Below are positions 54,478-64,000 of a stretch of 64,000 bases of DNA, one piece after another (positions within the stretch are counted from its first letter, which is position 1; each line of letters begins with the position of its first letter). The notes beneath the pieces were generated by a model. It ran no database searches. It was given only the letters and a program-made list of their open reading frames with translations, and was not told where the DNA came from. The translations under genes and the position numbers were made by a program. Source of the DNA: Escherichia phage Andreotti; the sequence record MN850610.1. One strand, given 5' to 3'.

Positions 54478-54876
54478 TTACTGAGAAGTTAGGCTTTTGA
54501 AAATGCTTGCTTCGAAAAAACTTCCGAAGTTTGCCTCCAGCGCAAATGCTAAGTAATCAATGAACTCACCATAGTTTGCTTGGAAGTACGTATCAATATT
54601 AAGTGGGAAGTCATCAACAGTTGCCCCTTGAAATAACAGGGTTGCCATCTCTTCAAGGTTAATTTCTTCAATTCTGTCAAAACAAGCTTCAACAAGCTCT
54701 TTAAATGGAACCATTGGAGCTTCTTTCTTATCTTTATCCGTAAGACTTGACAGCATCTGTGCAAATGTTGGAACAACAATTTTACCCAACTTCATAGACA
54801 TCTTAATACCATCTCTTGCCCCAAGCAGGATGATATTTACTTTCTTACCATTAATTACTCTAGATTCTGTTTTCAT
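54478..54876 (-). CDS. tail assembly chaperone (G-like)
   Basis: position between tube and tape-measure genes; contains slippery heptamer near 3' end. Confidence 0.5.
   Translation of the reverse strand: MKTESRVINGKKVNIILLGARDGIKMSMKLGKIVVPTFAQMLSSLTDKDKKEAPMVPFKELVEACFDRIEEINLEEMATLLFQGATVDDFPLNIDTYFQANYGEFIDYLAFALEANFGSFFEASIFKSLTSQ
54514..54520 (-). other. programmed -1 ribosomal frameshift slippery site U UUU UUC
   Basis: minus-strand agt ttt ttc in the zero frame; -1 frame continues into ORF 54236-54475. Confidence 0.5.
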
Positions 54877-54904
54877 TGTGATTCCTTAATACTTTTAAAA
54901 GAAA

Positions 54905-54938
54905 CAAAAAAGGGGAAGACCTTTTAAAGTCTCCCCCT
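54905..54938 (-). terminator. terminator-like hairpin with U-run
   Basis: A6 then gggga(a)gac...gtctcccc on plus strand downstream of tube gene. Confidence 0.4.
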
Positions 54939-54949
54939 TATAGGATTTA

Positions 54950-55396
54950 TTAAACACTTGACGCTGGAATTGTAGAAGTGTAGTCTAACTTCTCACAACC
55001 AAAAATCCAAGTTTTAGAGTTCTGGTCACGACCAAGTTCAATCTGCGGTAACTCCTGCAACCAAGCGTTAATACCAGTTGCCAGAACAGAGCCTGATGGG
55101 TCGTAGATTACGAAGTTAGAAGAGATATCTTCTTCAAGTTCCATATTGTCTTGTTTAGCTTGAATTGCAGAAAGCATCTGGTTAGAGAGAGAAGTCTGCA
55201 TTAACTCAATCTCAATAGTACCTGTCTTGTCTGCATTTCTTGTCAGAGCAACTTGACCACCTGCACCAACAACTGGTGTCACGAGTGGTGATGTTCTCTG
55301 TAGACGCAAGAATGAGTCTGGGGCAAAGCCTTCAATGGCAATACCATTCCAGCTACATACAACGTCTTTAGGGGAATATTGCTGATACATAGCCAT
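54950..55396 (-). CDS. tail tube protein candidate
   Basis: 148 aa between sheath and chaperones. Confidence 0.45.
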   Translation of the reverse strand: MAMYQQYSPKDVVCSWNGIAIEGFAPDSFLRLQRTSPLVTPVVGAGGQVALTRNADKTGTIEIELMQTSLSNQMLSAIQAKQDNMELEEDISSNFVIYDPSGSVLATGINAWLQELPQIELGRDQNSKTWIFGCEKLDYTSTIPASSV

Positions 55397-55411
55397 TCCA
55401 ATTTACCTCTA

Positions 55412-56764
55412 TTATTCGTAAGCCACTGTACCTTTCAAGTCAACATCCAAGATAGCCCCTGCTAAGATACCTGCGAAGGTAACATCTTTCAGGATACGTG
55501 CTTTCTTGTCTGCTAAAGCAACTTGAGAGGCTTTAGGAACATTAACTGTGTAAGATGACAGGAAGTTTCTGTTGACTGCTCTTTGCAGAGAGGTTTCAAT
55601 GACTTGACGAATACGGGTAATACCAGTATCATCATAAGTAATCTTACCACCCTTCTGGTTAATTAGCAAGTCTCTCAGAGAAGTTTTCAGGTCTGATTCT
55701 AACCAGTCAACACCACGGACGATATCAATCCATTCCCCACCAGAAGTAATCCCTCTACGAACCACTGGAACACCACCATCAAGGTCAATAAAGTTACAGT
55801 GACGTACATCTAAAGCAGACTTCTGAATACTTGTCAGAGGTCTCTGATTAGATGGTTGTAGAGAAGCTGCTACGCCAGTTAGCTGAGCATTACCCCAAGC
55901 AATTGAGCCTGCATCATATGGAGCACCATAAGCAATGTATGCCATCTCTGGGTAATCTTCTGCTGCTGCGTGATGCCACAAGCAAACTGTACGAGTGTAC
56001 ATATTCTTAGCAAGCTGTGCTGGAACATCATTTGCACTGGCTAATTCTGTACCTTGTAGGGCTGTTACATCAGAGTTAGCCGTAAAGAAGATTTTCTTAC
56101 GAGCCTGAATCTCAGAAGCCATTGCTAAGACAAACTGTTGAGTTCTGTCTTCTGCTGCAATGAAATACCAGTCAGTAGAGTAAGCTTCGATAGCTGCCAG
56201 AGCAGTTGCTGCTGTATCAGCAGTTGTACTTGCAATATATACAGTCTGTGCTGTGGTTGTTACTTTCACAAAGTCATTATCACCAGCTTTGGTAATAATC
56301 ATTGTGGCAGAGCCATTGCTACCAGTTACATTCACAGAAACCTTATCTTTGATTGTTGGGTCAGCTTCAATCTGTGTTTTAAACTGTTGCAACACTACCT
56401 CAGCAGTGTCTGAATCTTGTGCTGTGTACTGGTATGGTTGAGAAATTCCACCGCCAACAGCTACAGTAATTGAGTAGTCTGTACTTTCGGTAACGGCATC
56501 AGGAATTGATACAGTGTACTGCATAGCACGTCTACCAATATAAAGCTGAGTTACTTTAGGAGTCTGACTCCAAAGTTGTTTAGCAGCCTTATATGCAGCA
56601 GACCTCTCATCGAAATCTTCAGCAACTTCAGTTAAGGAAGTGTAACCACGTACTCTTTCTTCAAAGTTATCTGTTGAAGCTAAGAATAGTGGCAAACCAA
56701 AACCTTCTCTTGTAGTTCCTGCGGTGTTCAATGTAATATCTACATTAACAATTGGATTCCACAT
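55412..56764 (-). CDS. tail sheath protein candidate
   Basis: 450 aa immediately upstream of tube gene. Confidence 0.5.
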   Translation of the reverse strand: MWNPIVNVDITLNTAGTTREGFGLPLFLASTDNFEERVRGYTSLTEVAEDFDERSAAYKAAKQLWSQTPKVTQLYIGRRAMQYTVSIPDAVTESTDYSITVAVGGGISQPYQYTAQDSDTAEVVLQQFKTQIEADPTIKDKVSVNVTGSNGSATMIITKAGDNDFVKVTTTAQTVYIASTTADTAATALAAIEAYSTDWYFIAAEDRTQQFVLAMASEIQARKKIFFTANSDVTALQGTELASANDVPAQLAKNMYTRTVCLWHHAAAEDYPEMAYIAYGAPYDAGSIAWGNAQLTGVAASLQPSNQRPLTSIQKSALDVRHCNFIDLDGGVPVVRRGITSGGEWIDIVRGVDWLESDLKTSLRDLLINQKGGKITYDDTGITRIRQVIETSLQRAVNRNFLSSYTVNVPKASQVALADKKARILKDVTFAGILAGAILDVDLKGTVAYE

Positions 56765-57364
56765 TTATTTTACCCCTTTGGAGTCTACATCTAGATGGAT
56801 AGTATATTCTGGTGGCTCTTGTCCTTCTTCATAAACCAACTCACCATCAACAATGACACGCTCAATAATACTTCCACGTTCATCCTTCAGGACTGAGTTT
56901 TTTACAAGAGTTACAACAAGAGGTGCAGAATTTTCGAAATCTGTATTGAGATAAGTATAGTCATTCGGGATAGCTCCAGTGTCTAGTACTGTAGCTCCTG
57001 TTTCTTCAAGGATTAAATCTCTGACTGAACTCATCTCTAATCGTTGTTTAAGCTCAAGCATAATACTGTGAGCACCTTTACCATTCACCGTAATTAATAC
57101 TGGAATCTGAAAAGCAATTCTGTAGCAAACTACATCATCCTCAACAAACTTATCAAGAACCCAACCATAAGGTGTTGCAGCATCTTGACAATATACGGTA
57201 ATAAATGGCTGGTCAGGTTTTAAACCTTTGTCATTTGAGTTATCAGAAGGGTAAGCTCTAATTACATTTGGTCTATTATTTTTATCACGAGCTAGTCTGT
57301 GACCAATAACACCCACTAAGGTTCTAACTAGACCTTTTTCAAGTTCTGCTGTTTCTAACTGCAT
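56765..57364 (-). CDS. neck / tail completion protein (hypothetical)
   Basis: synteny between capsid and sheath genes. Confidence 0.35.
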   Translation of the reverse strand: MQLETAELEKGLVRTLVGVIGHRLARDKNNRPNVIRAYPSDNSNDKGLKPDQPFITVYCQDAATPYGWVLDKFVEDDVVCYRIAFQIPVLITVNGKGAHSIMLELKQRLEMSSVRDLILEETGATVLDTGAIPNDYTYLNTDFENSAPLVVTLVKNSVLKDERGSIIERVIVDGELVYEEGQEPPEYTIHLDVDSKGVK

Positions 57365-57740
57365 TCATTTTATCCCTTCTAATAATGATATATTCATAAT
57401 GGGATGTATGGGCTAATTGCTGTGACCAATCCATAGTCATAAATACTTCATACTCATGACCATCAATCATAACAATATCAGACTCATTCCACTCTACATC
57501 ATCTGAAGTTCTAAGTCTATATGTGGTATACAGGATTCTTGTATCGGTAAGCCTGATACCTTCCGGTAAAGCAATTTGTGTACCATTCTTTACAGAACCT
57601 TTGATATATGGCTGGATATTACCTTTACAGTTAACCTCTACAATATCTTGTGAAGCTACCCAATCACCATCATCATTATAATAACCGTCTTCAGAGACTT
57701 TACGCTTTACTACAAAGCTGTGTCTGTTTAAGAGTCTCAT
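57339..57740 (-). CDS. neck / head-tail joining protein (hypothetical)
   Basis: synteny. Confidence 0.35.
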   Translation of the reverse strand: MRLLNRHSFVVKRKVSEDGYYNDDGDWVASQDIVEVNCKGNIQPYIKGSVKNGTQIALPEGIRLTDTRILYTTYRLRTSDDVEWNESDIVMIDGHEYEVFMTMDWSQQLAHTSHYEYIIIRRDKMNAVRNSRT

Positions 57741-58219
57741 TTCTTAATACCCTTCTTAGTAGAAATTTTATAAGCAAGGTTATCTCTTAAGTCACCTGTC
57801 TCAACAAGAGGTGCGTTAAAGCCTTTTTTCTTGACTGTGGAAGGTGCGTTAGGAGGGAGGATAGCAGAATTACCAAAACCCCTTTTAATTGCCTTTTGAG
57901 CATTCTTTGCAAATGCTTCTAAGGTATCTGAAGGGTCTGTGTTGAGACTGCTAAGTTGCTTATATAGATTCTTCTTAGTCTGCTCTAACAAGGTCTGTTT
58001 GTTTAGCATCATAGTGATTTCAAACAACCTACGATATACTTTACCAGAAGCTGAAGGAACCCCAATAACTTCTTGCAAATACATTAAAGCAGGATAAGAA
58101 AAACCAGAGCTATGTTGACCTTGTTCTTGAAAATACCCAACTTGAGCATTAGCCGTTTGCAAGTTCTTCATAGCCCCGACTAATTTTGCTCTAGCGGGGT
58201 GAATAACCCTTTTAACCAT
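57737..58219 (-). CDS. head-tail connector protein (hypothetical)
   Basis: synteny. Confidence 0.35.
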   Translation of the reverse strand: MVKRVIHPARAKLVGAMKNLQTANAQVGYFQEQGQHSSGFSYPALMYLQEVIGVPSASGKVYRRLFEITMMLNKQTLLEQTKKNLYKQLSSLNTDPSDTLEAFAKNAQKAIKRGFGNSAILPPNAPSTVKKKGFNAPLVETGDLRDNLAYKISTKKGIKK

Positions 58220-58668
58220 TATTCATCTCGCTCGATAATAAATACGCCATTAACACGGTTGCAGTAATCTCTGCCTTCGTATCTGGCAGCATCACCATAT
58301 TCTGTGTATTTCTTGACAGAGCAAGGATTCTGACGACGCATGTCAATATCACACTGATTAATACCACCTGCATAGGGTAGTCCTGAAACAGAGCTTTTAA
58401 CAAGGTCGTCATAAACAGCTTTCAGAGACTTGAATCTGGAAGAGTTACGTAAATAAACACCACCAACCTTCTCATCTCCCATCTTGGCTACTTGAAAGAG
58501 TAAATATTTAAGAGCTTTGATGGCTGCTTTCTTTTCATCCTTTCCAGATTCTAGATAGAACCACTCTAGCACAGACTGCTCAATAAGAATTTCATCATTA
58601 TTGGTGTCTGTGCAGAGGATTCTTACTCTATCAAGAGGGTTATTGGCTGGGTCGCCTGTATAACACAT
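58219..58668 (-). CDS. head completion protein (hypothetical)
   Basis: synteny. Confidence 0.35.
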   Translation of the reverse strand: MCYTGDPANNPLDRVRILCTDTNNDEILIEQSVLEWFYLESGKDEKKAAIKALKYLLFQVAKMGDEKVGGVYLRNSSRFKSLKAVYDDLVKSSVSGLPYAGGINQCDIDMRRQNPCSVKKYTEYGDAARYEGRDYCNRVNGVFIIERDE

Positions 58669-58689
58669 TCATAACCCTCCTTAAGAATA

Positions 58690-59799
58690 TTATTCTTGAG
58701 CGTCAGAACGAACATCTACCAGCAACTGAGGACGTGTGCAGTATGGCAGCATGTAAGAGTGAGCTTCAAAGTCAATACCTTCGTCACGGTCTTTTTCGTA
58801 TTCGAATACGTACAGTTCCTGACCCAAAGTATTTGCATAACCCATCTTAGGACATGGGCCATATGCCACTTCGAAGATGTTGTTTGCTTCACCCAGCATA
58901 GAAACGTTAGGGAAAGCATGACCTACACCTACAGTTCCATCCTGAGTAACACCATCAATACTAACCAGAGTATGAACCTTACCACGCTTGTCTTTGAACT
59001 TACCGTTGTACTGGACAAACTTAACACCACCGTAGTAGAAAGTGTTCATATGAGCCTGAACGCCGTCAGCACCACCAGTTCTCAGAGAACCAGTAATCTG
59101 TTGCCAAGCCAGTGGAGTCTGCTGTGCAAGATAAGCGTCACGAATCTTAGGGTGCTTAACCAGTTTGCTGAAGAATACACGGTCAACAACTACGTGAATT
59201 TCTTCACCGTTGATTACAGTGCCAGTCTTAGCTTCGTCTTCCATGTGCATACGCAGTTCTTCAATAGCAGCATCGATGTCAGCATTAGGGTTGTCAAGGT
59301 CGAAGTAAATAGTCTTCTTCTCAACGTCGAACTGCTTGTACAGGTCAGCATACAGAGTACCACGAGCATCAACAACTTTACCCTTCAGAGCTTGCATAAA
59401 CAAGAACTCACGAGTAATATCGAACTTGGTACGAATCTTCATCAGCTTCTTAGCACGTACTACAGCTTCAGTAGTCAGTTCGTTTGCAGTGCCTGGCTGA
59501 CGTACACCCTGAATCTCATCAGGAGTAATGCTTTCAACTTCTTTGAAGTACATCATTGGGAAGCTGATTTGACGAACACGCTCAGGTGCGCTAGTCTCTG
59601 CTTTACGGCTATCACGGTCTACCGCATCAAGCAAGCTAACATCCCAATCAGTCAAGTCCATAAGGAAAGTAGTTTGGGTGATTGGTGCTGAACGGAACAG
59701 ACCTAAGTTGGAAATATACCCATAAGTATTAGGGATAGACTGGACTTCACCAGTCAGGTCAGCAAGGAAAAATCTGCTTTTTTCAGAATTAGTCAACAT
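58690..59799 (-). CDS. major capsid protein
   Basis: 369 aa, follows S49 protease/scaffold and a small decoration-like gene in a lambda B-C-D-E-like order. Confidence 0.55.
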   Translation of the reverse strand: MLTNSEKSRFFLADLTGEVQSIPNTYGYISNLGLFRSAPITQTTFLMDLTDWDVSLLDAVDRDSRKAETSAPERVRQISFPMMYFKEVESITPDEIQGVRQPGTANELTTEAVVRAKKLMKIRTKFDITREFLFMQALKGKVVDARGTLYADLYKQFDVEKKTIYFDLDNPNADIDAAIEELRMHMEDEAKTGTVINGEEIHVVVDRVFFSKLVKHPKIRDAYLAQQTPLAWQQITGSLRTGGADGVQAHMNTFYYGGVKFVQYNGKFKDKRGKVHTLVSIDGVTQDGTVGVGHAFPNVSMLGEANNIFEVAYGPCPKMGYANTLGQELYVFEYEKDRDEGIDFEAHSYMLPYCTRPQLLVDVRSDAQE

Positions 59800-59832
59800 T
59801 GTAAAATTCTCCAGAATGTCTTATTATTGTTA

Positions 59833-60210
59833 TTACAGGCCAGTTGGTACGAAATCAATACCTTTAGCAGCCAGAGCTTTCTTGACTTCAGTAGCATCAA
59901 CGCTTGATTCAAGAGTTAGCAGGTCTTTCAGTTCTGCATCACGGTGGATACCTACCACTTTCAACTGACCATGATAAGACAGTTGCAGGTCTGCGTAGAA
60001 ATTAACGATACATACAGAGTCTGCTTGGGCTTCTTCTCCAGCTTGTACCTTAGTACCATCTGCTTTCAGAACTTCACCTACGCGGTATTCTGTTGAAGCA
60101 ACTGGAGTGTACTCTTTACGAGAGTGGCCTGTTGGTGTAATCTGTTCCCAAAGAATGATATCATTCAGAGGTTCTCTGTTACCTAACTTAGTAAAACCTT
60201 GATATGCCAT
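59833..60210 (-). CDS. head decoration-like protein
   Basis: 125 aa between protease/scaffold and major capsid genes. Confidence 0.35.
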   Translation of the reverse strand: MAYQGFTKLGNREPLNDIILWEQITPTGHSRKEYTPVASTEYRVGEVLKADGTKVQAGEEAQADSVCIVNFYADLQLSYHGQLKVVGIHRDAELKDLLTLESSVDATEVKKALAAKGIDFVPTGL

Positions 60211-60221
60211 TATTGTGTTCC

Positions 60222-61568
60222 TTATTTGATAAGAGATTTTAGAGCATTCTGGAGAGCCAGTTTGCGTTGTTCAGCGGTGTCTTCGGAAGCATTCTTAGCT
60301 GGTTCTTTTTCTTCTTCAACCAAATCAGCTTCGCCGTCATTACCCATTTCTTCCATAGCATTAGAATGTTCAAGAACAGCACCAGCAGTTTCTTTCAGCT
60401 TGGTAATTTCTGATTCTTTTTCTTCCATTGCAGAAGCATGGGACGCGATAGTTTCATTAAGTTTCTGGTTAGCACCTTCCATAGCATTCATAAACAGAAC
60501 ACTCAGAGGGTTGTCAAGACCAGCACCTAAAATAGTCGTTGCAGCTTCTTTTGCATCAAATCCAAAAGCTTCAGCAGAAGCAGAAATCTTATTAGTCAAA
60601 TCTGACAAAGCAGCTTCCTGTTCTTTAGCTTTCATTTGAGCAACCTGAAGACGCAAAGCTTCTAGTTCTTGCTTTTCTTGTTCAGTCATTTCTTCACCTG
60701 AATTGTTAACGTTTAAACTTACAGGAGCCTCTTCAGAACCTTGTAAGTAATTTAAGAAATCATCTTGAGACATGATTGAGTTAATTAAACCAAGTTCAAG
60801 AGCTTCCTGAGCAGAATAAACATTCGCCTCAGTATTCTTTACAGCTTCTTCAGAGAGATTACGAGATTCGGCTACAAAACCTGTAAAGGTTGCGTAGGTA
60901 TCATTAATTCTCTTTTGAAGTCTTTCTTTGCTTTCTTCTGAGAGTGCTTGGAATGGTGAACCCATACCTTTAAACTCACCAGCTTTGATGACGTTAATTG
61001 TTACGCCATTCTTTTCAAATGCCTTAGTTAATTCCTGATGAACCATAATTACACCAATAGAACCAACATCTGCATCTGGTGATGCAATAATTTCTTCAGC
61101 AGAAGATGCAAGAGCGTATGCAGCGGAACAAGCGAACTCATCTACATAAGCAATAATTTTCTTTTGGCCTCTTGAAGCCATAATGTGACGTGCTAATTCA
61201 AAGCAACCTGAAGCTTCACCACCACCGGAATCAATATGCAGAACAATAGTCTTGATTGACTCATCTGCTAAAGCTTCGTCAAAGCCTCTACGCAAACCTT
61301 CATAAGAGCTTAATCCACCAGTACACATTGCATCAATGAATGTCATACGATGGGTTAAACCACCCATAATAGGAATAATAGCAATGTCATCTTTTACTTT
61401 TAAAAGACTTCTTGCTTCACCTTTGGGTTTATCAAAGTTTACTGCTGCTTGGACATCACCCAGCAATCTGTTATTCACATAAGTTGCTGCTGAGTGAGCT
61501 AATGATTCAGTGGCTAGTAAAGGTTGGTTGAATAATCTATCAGCAAGTCTGAAGATATTCGAACTCAT
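60222..61568 (-). CDS. prohead protease (S49/ClpP-fold) fused to scaffold-like C-terminal domain
   Basis: IVLHIDSGGGEASG...YVDEFACSAAYALASSA matches S49 peptidase pattern; C-terminal half is charged and helical. Confidence 0.55.
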   Translation of the reverse strand: MSSNIFRLADRLFNQPLLATESLAHSAATYVNNRLLGDVQAAVNFDKPKGEARSLLKVKDDIAIIPIMGGLTHRMTFIDAMCTGGLSSYEGLRRGFDEALADESIKTIVLHIDSGGGEASGCFELARHIMASRGQKKIIAYVDEFACSAAYALASSAEEIIASPDADVGSIGVIMVHQELTKAFEKNGVTINVIKAGEFKGMGSPFQALSEESKERLQKRINDTYATFTGFVAESRNLSEEAVKNTEANVYSAQEALELGLINSIMSQDDFLNYLQGSEEAPVSLNVNNSGEEMTEQEKQELEALRLQVAQMKAKEQEAALSDLTNKISASAEAFGFDAKEAATTILGAGLDNPLSVLFMNAMEGANQKLNETIASHASAMEEKESEITKLKETAGAVLEHSNAMEEMGNDGEADLVEEEKEPAKNASEDTAEQRKLALQNALKSLIK

Positions 61569-61579
61569 TTTTACTCACC

Positions 61580-61912
61580 CTATTTGTTTAAATCTACAGA
61601 GACTGAAGAGATAACATAGATACCTTCTTCAGCAAAGAATTGAGGTTTGCTAAGAGCACCAGTTGCCACGCATTTATCGTTAGCATCCCACAAGCTATAG
61701 TGTGAGACCGTTGCAGAAGCTGGAACAGTAATATTAACTGTATCTTCTGAGGCAATTAAGCCATTATCCGGTTCAGAAAAATAAATAGCCACTGGCTGAG
61801 TAACCTTATTTGCTGTAGGGTCTGCCGTTGGGTCTACATTGTGTAAAATAATAGTCGTTGGGGTTAGCGTGGCGAGGATTTTATTCTTACCATCAATAGT
61901 TAATGTTCCCAT
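61580..61912 (-). CDS. hypothetical head protein
   Basis: synteny. Confidence 0.4.
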   Translation of the reverse strand: MGTLTIDGKNKILATLTPTTIILHNVDPTADPTANKVTQPVAIYFSEPDNGLIASEDTVNITVPASATVSHYSLWDANDKCVATGALSKPQFFAEEGIYVISSVSVDLNK

Positions 61913-62412
61913 TAATTAAACCTTACTTTTTGTTTAAGGACTGTTGAATGGTTACCAGATTCATCTACCACATTTACAATCATATCATATACTTTACCTT
62001 TGACAAGTACTTTGTAATCATTTTGTGAAAAAATGTATTCAAGTCTGTTTGTTTCTTTATTAACTGTCATTGGAGATTGAAATGCAGTGTCGAGGGTAAT
62101 GAAAGCGGCTTCAATGCTATTAACATTGATACGTTTATTCTCGCAGTTATATAACTTTACACCCAAAAGGCATGAACTGTCAAATGGAATTTTAACAATT
62201 TCACTACAATTTCCTGAAATAAACGGTTTTCCACTCATTGGTGCATCAAGTAACCTGCAAATAGTGAAAACGTCAGAGGTTCCACCATCACTTACATAAC
62301 CTGAAAGGCTGACCCTTGAGCCAGCCCCTACAGATAATTTGTCAGTGATAATAAGAACACCTCTATACGAATGCACTCGTGTAGCATTTGAAATAGAGAT
62401 AACTTCAGCCAT
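61912..62412 (-). CDS. hypothetical head protein
   Basis: synteny. Confidence 0.4.
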   Translation of the reverse strand: MAEVISISNATRVHSYRGVLIITDKLSVGAGSRVSLSGYVSDGGTSDVFTICRLLDAPMSGKPFISGNCSEIVKIPFDSSCLLGVKLYNCENKRINVNSIEAAFITLDTAFQSPMTVNKETNRLEYIFSQNDYKVLVKGKVYDMIVNVVDESGNHSTVLKQKVRFN

Positions 62413-63878
62413 TATTTATTTGCCTTATTTGCTGTGCTTGGGTCTTTCGCTGAAGGTGTCTTTGCAGTACCTTCTCCAGCGGTCTTATAACCATCTCCTG
62501 AGCGGCTTTGACTATTTGGAGAAAGCTTTTCAGATACTGGTTGAGACTCATCAGCAGGAGGAAGACCAATATGCTCTCTAAGCTTGTTAGATAGCTCTTT
62601 GTCAACTTCCAAAGCACCTACTGCAACAGTCTTCTGGATATAAGAGCCAATTGCTTCAAGGTCTGGAGTTTCGATATCATCATATGTGATTTGTACATGT
62701 TCTTCATCGTCCCACATATTAAGAGCATAAGTCTGTGCAACTAAATCACGGTTAATTACGTTCTTAATTTGCTTCAGCAGAATATCTACCGACATTGCTA
62801 GTAAGCTTGTCTTAGAATCTGCAAGAGAGAATGAACCGTATTTTGACTGACCCATAGCAAGAACATCTGACATAAATGCCATCATAATCTGCTTGGAATA
62901 TCTGTCAATAATAGAACCTGTGTCGTATGCTTTAGCACCCTGTCTAGAAACTAATGAGAACTCGAAAATATCCTCTTTAGTATCTGGGTCGATATATCTA
63001 GGCCAGATTAAACCTGCTCTGTCATTTGCAATCATATCATTAACAACAGTTTTGCAGTATTGTACGAAAGCTTTCTTTTCAGGTTCTGCATTTTCATCCA
63101 GATAGTCCGGTGGTAAACCAATCTTTGGCATACCTACCAAGTCTCTTGAAACACCAACAGCTTCATACTCTTCAATCTGTACTTTATATTTCCACGGTAC
63201 ATAAGCATTAAGTAATGGTGAACGACCTTCTGGGTTTCCATATTCATCGTCATACTTAAACAGCATGAATTTAGCTCGTGGAAGTTTTCTTGTCAGTGGT
63301 CTTTCTCCGAGATTAATTGCTCCAGCAATATGTGAAACATTTCTCAGATTCTGTCTAACACCAGTAACTTTTCTAAAGTCTTCGTCAAAGTACCACTTAT
63401 CAAGCGTTGACTGGTTTCTGATTGGCAATTTAGCCCATCCGATTAAACCATCATCGAATTTCGATTGGTACTTCCCTTTCTTACCCTGACGCTTCTTATA
63501 AACTTTTTCATTAACACAGAACCCATAAGTGCAGAATGACATTACAGAATTAATAAAATCTGCCCAATCATGCTCCATGTCATCCATTAAAGAATTAAAG
63601 AAGTCTGCTCTTTCAAGCATTTTAGGGTCTTGCTCTTTTCCCTTTGGAGGTACGAATCTCCAGTTGACTTTTCTGACAAACATCTTAATAATATTTACAG
63701 ATGCTGCTACAGCAGGGTCACGCATCATTAATTGGAAAGTTTTAATACTTTCAGGGAACCTTAGTGCCTGACGAGGTTCTTCATAGATTCTTCCATTCTT
63801 AACCTTCAGACCCAAAGAACCTACTTCACCCATTCTAAATGGTGGTAAGCTTTCTTGTGTTTCTGTAATATCTGCCAT
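62412..63878 (-). CDS. portal protein candidate
   Basis: 488 aa at the head-module start upstream of protease; AGGTGA Shine-Dalgarno; terminase expected just beyond the window end. Confidence 0.5.
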   Translation of the reverse strand: MADITETQESLPPFRMGEVGSLGLKVKNGRIYEEPRQALRFPESIKTFQLMMRDPAVAASVNIIKMFVRKVNWRFVPPKGKEQDPKMLERADFFNSLMDDMEHDWADFINSVMSFCTYGFCVNEKVYKKRQGKKGKYQSKFDDGLIGWAKLPIRNQSTLDKWYFDEDFRKVTGVRQNLRNVSHIAGAINLGERPLTRKLPRAKFMLFKYDDEYGNPEGRSPLLNAYVPWKYKVQIEEYEAVGVSRDLVGMPKIGLPPDYLDENAEPEKKAFVQYCKTVVNDMIANDRAGLIWPRYIDPDTKEDIFEFSLVSRQGAKAYDTGSIIDRYSKQIMMAFMSDVLAMGQSKYGSFSLADSKTSLLAMSVDILLKQIKNVINRDLVAQTYALNMWDDEEHVQITYDDIETPDLEAIGSYIQKTVAVGALEVDKELSNKLREHIGLPPADESQPVSEKLSPNSQSRSGDGYKTAGEGTAKTPSAKDPSTANKANK

Positions 63879-64000
63879 TCTTCTTCACCTAGCTATCAAC
63901 GTCTAAGCCCCTCATATGGGTTTCCTCTCACTAAGTCTGTGTGAGCACCCATTGATGGTGGCTTGAATAATTTAACTTCGTTAAGACTGTTGAAAGCATC

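Noticed and set aside
58696-59691. 331-aa plus-strand ORF antisense to the major capsid gene
   Set aside because: Lies entirely inside a well-supported minus-strand gene, has no Shine-Dalgarno, and encodes a low-complexity sequence; long antisense ORFs are expected by chance in AT-rich coding DNA.
63879-64000. 3' end of a terminase large-subunit gene upstream of the portal gene
   Set aside because: Only about 120 nt is in the window and several stops occur in the candidate frames; the gene probably ends beyond or right at the window edge and cannot be supported from this fragment.

Overview
This 64 kb window is an AT-rich, densely coded segment of a virulent tailed phage genome (myovirus-type). 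No integrase, tRNA, rRNA or CRISPR array was seen. Gene content resembles Felix-O1-like (Ounavirinae) phages, but that assignment is an inference from gene content, not a database result. Layout: (i) a minus-strand block (290-30555) with a macro-domain-like gene, lysis genes (signal-peptide SLT transglycosylase, overlapping spanin-like pair), rIIA/rIIB-like genes, a Prs-like + NAMPT-like pair, anaerobic RNR (nrdD split by an intron-like insertion carrying an HNH endonuclease, plus nrdG), glutaredoxin, nrdA/nrdB, a FEN-type exonuclease, an SSB candidate, a T7-gp4-like primase-helicase and a dNMP-kinase-like gene; (ii) a plus-strand block (30813-41996) with family A DNA polymerase, HNH endonuclease, ATP-dependent DNA ligase, small genes, DHFR and thymidylate synthase; (iii) a minus-strand structural block (42035-63878) running portal, S49 protease/scaffold, decoration-like, major capsid, neck, sheath, tube, chaperones with a -1 frameshift site, tape measure, baseplate and two paralogous His-rich tail fibres. 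The most unusual signal is non-coding: two arrays (36620-36926 and 38028-38420) of a modular element made of a conserved-loop hairpin, a 45-80 nt G/T-rich tract with 5-nt periodicity, and a second conserved-loop hairpin whose stems co-vary. The arrays bracket a two-gene cassette of unknown function. ORF starts in the supplied track include TTG/GTG, so several starts were moved to in-frame ATGs with a Shine-Dalgarno. Fine coordinates of small motifs were hand-counted and may be off by a few nt.
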